Assembly: GCA_043778205.1 (NCBI GenBank)
Contig: JAYWGO010000012.1
Coordinates: 10,029-74,028, forward strand
Reading direction: 5' to 3'
Source of the DNA: Polaromonas sp.
GTDB taxonomy: Bacteria; Pseudomonadota; Gammaproteobacteria; Burkholderiales; Burkholderiaceae_C
Length of the DNA: 64,000 nt
Shown here: piece by piece, positions 56,764-64,000 of the stretch
Layout of the letters: the number at the start of each line of letters is the position of its first letter
Numbering within the stretch: position 1 is the stretch's first letter
The notes under the pieces: model-generated
Databases searched by the model: none
What the model was told of the DNA's origin: nothing
The model's input: only the letters and a program-made list of their open reading frames with translations
Position numbers and translations under genes: made by a program

Positions 56764-57933
56764 TTACCGACTGGCCCGTGTTTTAGGCTCTGCGTAAATG
56801 ATTTCACCCCGCACAGAAAGTTTGCCCAGCGCCACCGCCAGCGCAGCATAGGGCCACAGCCAGCCCAGCCACTGCGCCAGGCCGCTAAAGCGGATAAAGC
56901 GGCCTTGCTCCCAGCTTTGCAAAGTTTGGGCAAAGTACGGTGTGCTGGGCACCAGGTTCACCAAGCTAAGCTGCCAAGCCAGCGCCAGCAGCAGCAGCGC
57001 CCAGCAGGCCCGCTGGCCCAAGCCCAAGCACAGCGCCGCTGCCAGCAAGCCTAGCCCCAAACCAAACTCAACCTCTGCTCCGAGCCAAGCCCAAGCATAT
57101 TCAGGGCCATAGCTTAGCGTGGCCGACAGGCTACTGGACAGCACCGCCAGCACTGCTAGCACTACCAAAACCGTGCAACGCTTGCGCCAGCCAGGCACCA
57201 CGGCGTAAGCCAGCAAGCACGTTGCCAGCATACCCAGCGCCACACACAGCAGCACGCCAATCGGGGCAATGGGTTGCAACTCTACTGCGCGTACTGGCAG
57301 CCAGTCTAAAAATGGCGAACCCGCCAAAGCTTCGGCCAAGGTCGTTTCCAGTCTTTCAAACACCTGGCCCAAGCCCAGCGGCACAGCAGGCGGAAACAAC
57401 AGTGCCAGCGGCCAGGTGGCCAGCAGTACCAAGCTGTTGCGGGCTGCGGGTGCAAACCAGCGTTTGCGAAACCGGCTCCAATGGTCAATTACGCCCAGCG
57501 CCTCTAGCGCGCTGGCCAGCCAGGCACCCGTTAACGCACCCAGTGTATTGAGCAGCCAGTCAGACAGCGCAGGCACCCGCTGGGGCAGGTAGGTTTGCGC
57601 CGCCTCCATACCCAGCGACAAGGCGCTGGCTGCCAGAGTAGCCCACAGCCAGGGCGTAGGGGCTAGCGTGGTGCGCAGTAGCGCTAGTGTTAACAAAAAC
57701 CCCAGCGGAGCATAGCCCAGCGCGTTGGCAAATGTATCAAACTGGCTCCAGTAACGCGGCCATGGCGCGCCTAAAAACTCAAACACGCCCAAGCCTTGGT
57801 CACGCCATTCAGTAAAGGGGTACAAACTGGCGTAAATTACCAGCGCTGCGTACAGCACCACCAGCACCGTAGCCGTACTGCGGTGTGGCTGCATGCGCGT
57901 GAGACTTGTAGCGCGGTGGCTGCGTAGCAACAT
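56764..57933 (-). CDS. VanZ-like polytopic membrane protein
   Basis: 389 aa, very hydrophobic. The N-terminus VLYAALVIYASLYPF is typical of VanZ-like proteins. Confidence 0.65.
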   Translation of the reverse strand: MLLRSHRATSLTRMQPHRSTATVLVVLYAALVIYASLYPFTEWRDQGLGVFEFLGAPWPRYWSQFDTFANALGYAPLGFLLTLALLRTTLAPTPWLWATLAASALSLGMEAAQTYLPQRVPALSDWLLNTLGALTGAWLASALEALGVIDHWSRFRKRWFAPAARNSLVLLATWPLALLFPPAVPLGLGQVFERLETTLAEALAGSPFLDWLPVRAVELQPIAPIGVLLCVALGMLATCLLAYAVVPGWRKRCTVLVVLAVLAVLSSSLSATLSYGPEYAWAWLGAEVEFGLGLGLLAAALCLGLGQRACWALLLLALAWQLSLVNLVPSTPYFAQTLQSWEQGRFIRFSGLAQWLGWLWPYAALAVALGKLSVRGEIIYAEPKTRASR

Positions 57934-57970
57934 GGAATAAAGTTTAAAGAACAGGCTTGCCCACCAGCCT

Positions 57971-58411
57971 TTAAAACGGCTTCACCACTACCAAAATTAC
58001 CGCCGCCGTCAGCAGCAGCACAGGCGCCTCGTTAAACCAGCGGTACCACACATGGCTGCGGGTGTTGGTGTTCTTTTCAAATGTACGCAGCAGCACACTG
58101 CAGCCATGGTGGTAGCCCAGGGCCAGCACCACTACCACCAGCTTGGCATGCATCCAGCCATTGCCCGGCCCGCGGCCTATGCCGTAGCCCAGCCACAGCC
58201 ACAGCCCCAAAACCAAAGCGGGCAGCGCTAGCAAGGTGGTAAAGCGCAACAGCTTACGGGCCATTAGCAACAGGCGCAATCGCTCGTTGGGTACGCTGTT
58301 GCTAATGTCGGCCTGCACCAAAGCCAAGTTTACAAAGATGCGCGGCAGGTAAAACAGGCCAGCAAACCAACTGGTAACAAAAATAATGTGAAAGGCTTTG
58401 ATCCAGAGCAT
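57971..58411 (-). CDS. hemJ: protoporphyrinogen oxidase HemJ (UPF0093 family)
   Basis: Starts at MLWIKAFHIIFVTSWFAGLFYLPRIFV (58411). The track's 28-codon extension is the translated tandem repeat and is rejected. Confidence 0.8.
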   Translation of the reverse strand: MLWIKAFHIIFVTSWFAGLFYLPRIFVNLALVQADISNSVPNERLRLLLMARKLLRFTTLLALPALVLGLWLWLGYGIGRGPGNGWMHAKLVVVVLALGYHHGCSVLLRTFEKNTNTRSHVWYRWFNEAPVLLLTAAVILVVVKPF

Positions 58412-58444
58412 AGGCCAAGTGTATGCCAGCTGTGCGTTGGGAGC

Positions 58445-58520
58445 AAAAACCCCCAGCAGCGCTGGAGACAAAACCCCCAGCAGCGCTGGAGGCAAAAAAA
58501 AGCCCCAGCAGAGCTGGGGC
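58445..58520. repeat. three imperfect tandem ~24-bp units in the hemJ-hemB intergenic region
   Basis: AAAACCCCCAGCAGCGCTGGAGAC / AAAACCCCCAGCAGCGCTGGAGGC / AAAAAAAAGCCCCAGCAGAGCTGGGGC. Each unit carries a CCAGCAGCGCTGG core with the internal palindrome CAGCGCTG. Confidence 0.85.
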
Positions 58521-58818
58521 GGGAAATGCCTTTTTTGTTGTCACACATCGAGGCACCCGCTCAGGGAGGAAAAGCGGGAAGTGGCGAACCACTCACTATC
58601 AAATATAACAAACACACCAGCGAATTACAAGGCGGCAAATTGTTAAATTTGGCTAGCAGGTAGCACCAATTGTTATAGAGTCTCGCGCGAGACAGCTAGA
58701 CGCGCATGGGGCTGTGGTTTGCGCAGAGTGGTTATTACTTAAAATCATTAGACAAACAAATGCCAGCCAACCAAGCGCCACAGCATGGCCATAAGTCTGT
58801 CCAACCTTGGGGCTCTGA

Positions 58819-59880
<1,062 letters not shown>

Positions 59881-59895
59881 CATCTTAATACGCTC

Positions 59896-59940
59896 CTAAA
59901 TAAATAGCTGTCTGTCCACCATTTACTTGGGTAAAAGGTC
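59896..59940 (+). repeat. triple-palindrome repeat element, copy 11 (diverged)
   Basis: CTAAATAAATAGCTGTCTGTCCACCATTTACTTGGGTAAAAGGTC. Confidence 0.7.
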
Positions 59941-59962
59941 TAAATTGCTTATAATCTAGCTT

Positions 59963-61048
59963 GTGGCCTGCTTTGTATTTACCCCTCACAGCACCCAGCG
60001 CCTGGACACGCTGCCGGGTACTTTGCCGGACGAGGGTTTTGTCTGGTGCATGACCAGCCGCGGCGAACTGGAACTGGGCTGGGCCGACCTGCAGTCCAAG
60101 CTGCAAGCGCTTGGGCTGCCCGCGCCCATGGAGCTGCACCAACACGACCTGCTCAACCCGCAGCACCCCAGCCATTACGACTACACCAGCGATTACGATG
60201 TGGTGATTTTTCGCCGTCTGGTACGCAGCCAGCCCGCAGCCAGCCCGGTTCATGCGCCAAGCGCAGCCGCACTGCGCAAGCAAAAAGCCCTTGCTATTTT
60301 GGAGCATATCGTCACCATACCGGTGGGGTTTTTGGTTTACGACCGCGTTTTAATCACCGTGCACAGCGAGCAGTGCGCCACGGCCGACGACTTTACCCGC
60401 CGCATGGGCAACGAGGCCAATAGCCGCCGCCCCAGTTCACCCGACGACCTGATGCTGCGCATGGTCAACGCCATGGTAGACAGCTACCTAGAGCTGCGCA
60501 AAACCCTCAGCGCCCAAATAGACACTTGGCAAACCGAGCTTTTGCACCCCCGCACCCGCCACATTGACTGGCGTGCGCTTTTGTCTGCGCGCAACGATTT
60601 GCACGCACTGGAAGACCTGTGCGACGAACAGCAAGATGCCATTCAAGAATGGCTGGACACCCTGCAAGAGCAACCCTACGCAGACAACCGCGCCGCCCGC
60701 AGTGAGCGCGAGGGCCTGGTAGCGCGCGGGCGTGACGTGGTTGAGCATATTGAGCGGGTGGTGCACCACGTGCGCCGCTTGGAGCAATCTGCCGAGACCG
60801 CAGTGCAGATTCACTTTAACGCCCAAAGCAACCGCACCAACGACATCATGCGCACGCTAACCGCTATCACTGCGGTGTTTTTGCCGCTTAATTTAATCAC
60901 GGGGTTTTTTGGTATGAATTTTGAGTTCATGCCCTTCGTACACAACAAATCGGGCCTGTGGTGGGCGCTGGGCGCTATGCTGGTTGTTGCCGTGACGTTA
61001 ATAACGGTGTTTTGGCGCAAACGGTACTTGGCACGCACGGCGCGTTAA
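59963..61048 (+). CDS. corA: CorA-family divalent metal transporter
   Basis: 361 aa. FFGMNFEFMP (GMN motif) before the last TM. N-terminal GFVW block. The GTG start is uncertain. Confidence 0.8.
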   Translation: MACFVFTPHSTQRLDTLPGTLPDEGFVWCMTSRGELELGWADLQSKLQALGLPAPMELHQHDLLNPQHPSHYDYTSDYDVVIFRRLVRSQPAASPVHAPSAAALRKQKALAILEHIVTIPVGFLVYDRVLITVHSEQCATADDFTRRMGNEANSRRPSSPDDLMLRMVNAMVDSYLELRKTLSAQIDTWQTELLHPRTRHIDWRALLSARNDLHALEDLCDEQQDAIQEWLDTLQEQPYADNRAARSEREGLVARGRDVVEHIERVVHHVRRLEQSAETAVQIHFNAQSNRTNDIMRTLTAITAVFLPLNLITGFFGMNFEFMPFVHNKSGLWWALGAMLVVAVTLITVFWRKRYLARTAR

Positions 61049-61095
61049 ACGCACTGAATGCAGCGAATGCTGTAAACACTTCAATCAGACAGGCG

Positions 61096-61701
61096 TCAGC
61101 GCTTGCACAGCAGTGCAGCTTGAAGCGTGCTTAAACGGAAAGCCGCCACATTTTGCTGGGCTTGTGACAGCAGCGAGCCGCCTTCAAACAGCGCCGTAAC
61201 CAGCAAGGCTTTGTCGCGTGCGGCCTGTGCAGGCCAGCCATCGCGCTGTAGCCTTTGCACCAATCTGTCTACCAAGTCAGCATACGCTTGGGCTACAGCC
61301 GCACCCAGCAGGGGTGAGTTTTTACGCTCTGCTGCAAAAGCCGAAAACAAAGTGCAAATCTCAAAATGTGTTTTCTCCAGGGTCACTGCAAGTTGCTTGC
61401 CCACCTGCAGCACCAAGGCCTCGGTGCTGCGGGCACGGCATTGGTCCACCAGGTCCAGCAGCGCCAGGGCCATGGCCTGGATCACGCAGACCCCGATAGC
61501 TTCTTTTCCGCCCGGAAAATGGTGGTACATCGAGCCTTTGGGCGCTTGCGCCAACAATAGTATGTCGTTTAATCCAGTGGCATGGTAGCCCCGCTGGCGA
61601 AACAACCGCCCTGCCGCTGTAAGGATGCGGCTGCGGGTGTCATTCTCGCCGGGCGAGCTGGGGTTATTGTTTACTGAAAGGACAGAGGCAGAAGTGGGCA
61701 T
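61096..61701 (-). CDS. TetR/AcrR-family transcriptional regulator
   Basis: 201 aa. HTH RILTAAGRLFRQRGYHATGLNDILLLAQAPKGSMYHHF. Confidence 0.9.
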   Translation of the reverse strand: MPTSASVLSVNNNPSSPGENDTRSRILTAAGRLFRQRGYHATGLNDILLLAQAPKGSMYHHFPGGKEAIGVCVIQAMALALLDLVDQCRARSTEALVLQVGKQLAVTLEKTHFEICTLFSAFAAERKNSPLLGAAVAQAYADLVDRLVQRLQRDGWPAQAARDKALLVTALFEGGSLLSQAQQNVAAFRLSTLQAALLCKR

Positions 61702-61783
61702 AGTGGTATGTGCATGATAGCAAATGCCTCAAACGCACATAGTTACTAAACCGACTGGTCTAGTTAGTGCTACACTGCGCAAC

Positions 61784-62653
61784 ATGAACACAATCCATAC
61801 ACTTGCCTTGCCAGCGCTTGATGGCACCCCTTTAACCGCTAGCCATTTTCAGGCCGCCAGCGACCAGTTCATTGTGGTGGGCAGTGCTACCGCGGTACCG
61901 CGCGGTTTTTACAGCCGGTTTGCGCAGTTTGCCCAAGCGCGCGGTATCAACGTCATCACCACCGACTACCGGGGTATTGGCGACTCCAAGCAAGGCCCGC
62001 TCAAAGGTTTTGCTATGGACTATGCCGACTGGTCGCGCTACGATTTGGCTGCAGCGGTTAACTATGCTGCCCAGCGCGGCAAGGTTTGGCTGGTGGGCCA
62101 CAGCTTGGGCGGCCACGCGCTAGGCCAGCTGCCGGAGCCCAACGCGCTGCAAGCAGCGTATTTTTGCGGTACCGGTTCTGGCTGGCACGGCTGGATGCCC
62201 CGGCCCGAGCGCTACCGCGCCTGGGCCCTGTGGAACCTGCTGGGACCTGCGGTAACGCCCTGGCTGGGCTACCTGCCTTCACGCGCATTTGGCCTGGGGG
62301 AAGACTTGCCCATGGGGGTGTACCGTGACTGGAAGCGCTGGTGCGCGCACCCGCACTACTTTTTTGACGACCCCACGGCCCAAGCCCTTACGGCTAAGTT
62401 TGCGCAGGTACGCATTCCCATAGCAGCGGCTGTCAGCACTGACGACCTGTGGGCCCAACCCGCCTCACGCGATGCTTTTTTTAAAGGCTACAGCGGTGCC
62501 AACATAACCCCCATTGACCTGAGCCCGGCTGACCTTCAGGTGCCCAAAATAGGCCACATGGGCTACTTTCGTGCCCACGTGGGCGCAGCACTGTGGCCCC
62601 GCATGCTGCAGTGGCTTGGGCAGCACGGTTTGGTGGTGGCTGCGCCACCATAG
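61784..62653 (+). CDS. alpha/beta hydrolase
   Basis: Nucleophile elbow VGHSLGG. MNTIHTL (61784) is preferred over the track start at 61724 because 61724..61783 contains partly palindromic TAGTTA/TAACTA-type sequence, likely the TetR operator. Either start is possible. Confidence 0.75.
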   Translation: MNTIHTLALPALDGTPLTASHFQAASDQFIVVGSATAVPRGFYSRFAQFAQARGINVITTDYRGIGDSKQGPLKGFAMDYADWSRYDLAAAVNYAAQRGKVWLVGHSLGGHALGQLPEPNALQAAYFCGTGSGWHGWMPRPERYRAWALWNLLGPAVTPWLGYLPSRAFGLGEDLPMGVYRDWKRWCAHPHYFFDDPTAQALTAKFAQVRIPIAAAVSTDDLWAQPASRDAFFKGYSGANITPIDLSPADLQVPKIGHMGYFRAHVGAALWPRMLQWLGQHGLVVAAPP

Positions 62654-62700
62654 AACTATCATTTCAATAGCTGGTTGTGCAGTATTTCCTTGGGCTAGAC
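62654..62700 (+). repeat. triple-palindrome repeat element, copy 12
   Basis: AACTATCATTTCAATAGCTGGTTGTGCAGTATTTCCTTGGGCTAGAC begins directly after the hydrolase stop codon. Confidence 0.85.
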
Positions 62701-62775
62701 GTTAAAATTGCCTAAAAAAATGACCTCGAAAAGCTAAAAAAGTCCGCAATGAACCCTACTACGCATTGCAAATAC

Positions 62776-63687
62776 CTATGGGGCTAGCGCAGCAGGCAAG
62801 CCAAACAAGCGCGCCGCGTTGCCCCAGGCTATGGGTTGTGCAATCTGCGGGGGCAGGTCGCCCAGCCAGACTCGGTAGCTGCGCATCAGCTCGCCGTAGT
62901 ACTGCCAGCGCTGGTTTACCCAAGTGTCTGAGCCAATCATAAAACGGCTGGGAAACTCACTTAACAGCGCTCGCCACTCGGGGCTGAGCTTGCCGTCATC
63001 GCCGGTCAGTCCGGGGCGGTAGGACAGCTCGCCCATCAGCATGGGGTAGGCGCGCAGCAGGGTGCGAACCCGCTCGGTGCTGGTACCGCCAATGCCGGTG
63101 TGCGCCCAAATGAGCTTGGTTTTTTGGCCGCGGCTGGCGGTGTGCGCCATTAGCAGGTCAATGGCGGCATCGTCTACATGGGCTAGCACGCTTAAGGCCT
63201 GGTCTTCGGCCAAGCGCATCAGCTTGCGCGCAACTGCGCCGTTGGCGTTGGCGCTGTCGTACACATGGAACTCACCCAACCCTTGGTAGGGGCCTGCGGG
63301 TGTGCCTCGGGCCAGCTCGGCCAGCACCATATCGTAGAAGGTTTCGTCAGCAAACCAGCCGCTGTAGTCGGCTCGGTTGCGGTACAGGCGCACAAAAGGT
63401 ACTACGGTAACCCCTGCTTGGGCGGCCTCTGCCTGGGCTGCGGCCAATGCGCGGGTACCGTCGTTGGGCCGCGAGTTGGCCACCACGGCGCGCACACCGC
63501 TGCTGTGCATGCGCTGCAGCACGTCGGCCACAGGGTGGGGCGATTGGGCCTCTTCGTTGTAGTGCAAATGGGTGTCAAACAGCGGGCCAGTGTAGTCTGC
63601 GGCATGGGCGTTGAACAACCCGATAGTGGCCACAAGTACTATTAATTGTATAGCTGTCTGTGCAACATTTCCTTGGGTCAAAGGCAT
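62776..63687 (-). CDS. secreted amidohydrolase-family (TIM-barrel metal hydrolase) protein
   Basis: 303 aa. Signal peptide, then FDTHLHYN (HxH metal motif), later AHTGIGG and a conserved Asp region. Confidence 0.75.
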   Translation of the reverse strand: MPLTQGNVAQTAIQLIVLVATIGLFNAHAADYTGPLFDTHLHYNEEAQSPHPVADVLQRMHSSGVRAVVANSRPNDGTRALAAAQAEAAQAGVTVVPFVRLYRNRADYSGWFADETFYDMVLAELARGTPAGPYQGLGEFHVYDSANANGAVARKLMRLAEDQALSVLAHVDDAAIDLLMAHTASRGQKTKLIWAHTGIGGTSTERVRTLLRAYPMLMGELSYRPGLTGDDGKLSPEWRALLSEFPSRFMIGSDTWVNQRWQYYGELMRSYRVWLGDLPPQIAQPIAWGNAARLFGLPAALAP

Positions 63688-63688
63688 A
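63636..63688 (+). repeat. triple-palindrome repeat element, copy 13 (overlaps the 5' end of the amidohydrolase gene on the opposite strand)
   Basis: GTACTATTAATTGTATAGCTGTCTGTGCAACATTTCCTTGGGTCAAAGGCAT. Confidence 0.9.
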
Positions 63689-63711
63689 AATAGCTCCTAA
63701 AATTACCCGGG

Positions 63712-64000
63712 CTAGTCTGGGCTGGCCAAGTGCTGCACAAAGAAAGCCAGTGTGCGCTGGCGTGCCAGCAGTGCAGACGGCGCATGCCAGGCTGCGCGCT
63801 GGTCACAGTTAAAGCCATGCGCAGCGGGGTACACATGGGCTTGCACTTGCGGGTAAGCCGCTAGCAGCGCGGCAACACCATCCATGGGCAGTGAGGCATC
63901 GTTGTGGCTCAAGTGCGCCATTACCGGACACTGCACAGTACGCCCTAGCTCGGTGTGCATACCGCCGCCGTAGTACGGCACCGCCGCGCTGATACCGCGC
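63712..64000 (-). CDS. dienelactone hydrolase-family protein, C-terminal part (the 5' end runs off the window)
   Basis: The frame is open to the window edge (..RGISAAVPYYGGG..). C-terminal AAHGFNC contains the expected catalytic His context. Confidence 0.65.
   Translation of the reverse strand, partial: RGISAAVPYYGGGMHTELGRTVQCPVMAHLSHNDASLPMDGVAALLAAYPQVQAHVYPAAHGFNCDQRAAWHAPSALLARQRTLAFFVQHLASPD

Overview
High-GC chromosomal segment that looks betaproteobacterial (Burkholderiales/Comamonadaceae-like by gene content; this is inference only). It holds about 55 protein genes and no rRNA, tRNA or CRISPR that I could see. Housekeeping genes: cfa operon (partial at the left edge), rfaE domain II, an OmpR/histidine-kinase pair, M48 peptidase, lipB-lipA, gpr/yghZ-like aldo-keto reductase, dsbA, SPOR protein, argS, argP-argO, glcB, ggt, LemA-TPM-TPM, hemJ, hemB, corA. 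Accessory content is interleaved with these. (1) A Type III R-M operon (mod 10427..12166, res 13294..15972) is split by a low-GC DUF3800 gene, and the mod target-recognition segment also has foreign composition. (2) A minus-strand envelope cluster spans 24234..33721. It contains an MCE/MlaD-like protein, a lipoprotein and a polytopic membrane protein, followed by an OmpA-like protein, a secreted caspase-fold protein, a CHASE2 membrane protein with an orphan C-terminal domain, and a second secreted caspase-fold protein (SH3b + DUF4384). I rank this the best candidate for an undescribed system. (3) A 7-kb islet between argS and argP carries four toxin-antitoxin modules, two with a disrupted HEPN-side gene. 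It also carries a low-GC lipoprotein gene that a 15-nt poly-G tract directly after the lipobox Cys puts out of frame. (4) A ~50-bp triple-palindrome repeat element occurs at least 14 times, 12 of them in one orientation. Three copies sit in frame inside genes, and two or three supply the start codon and signal-peptide N-terminus of secreted proteins. All product calls rest on motifs I read in the translations; no database search was possible.
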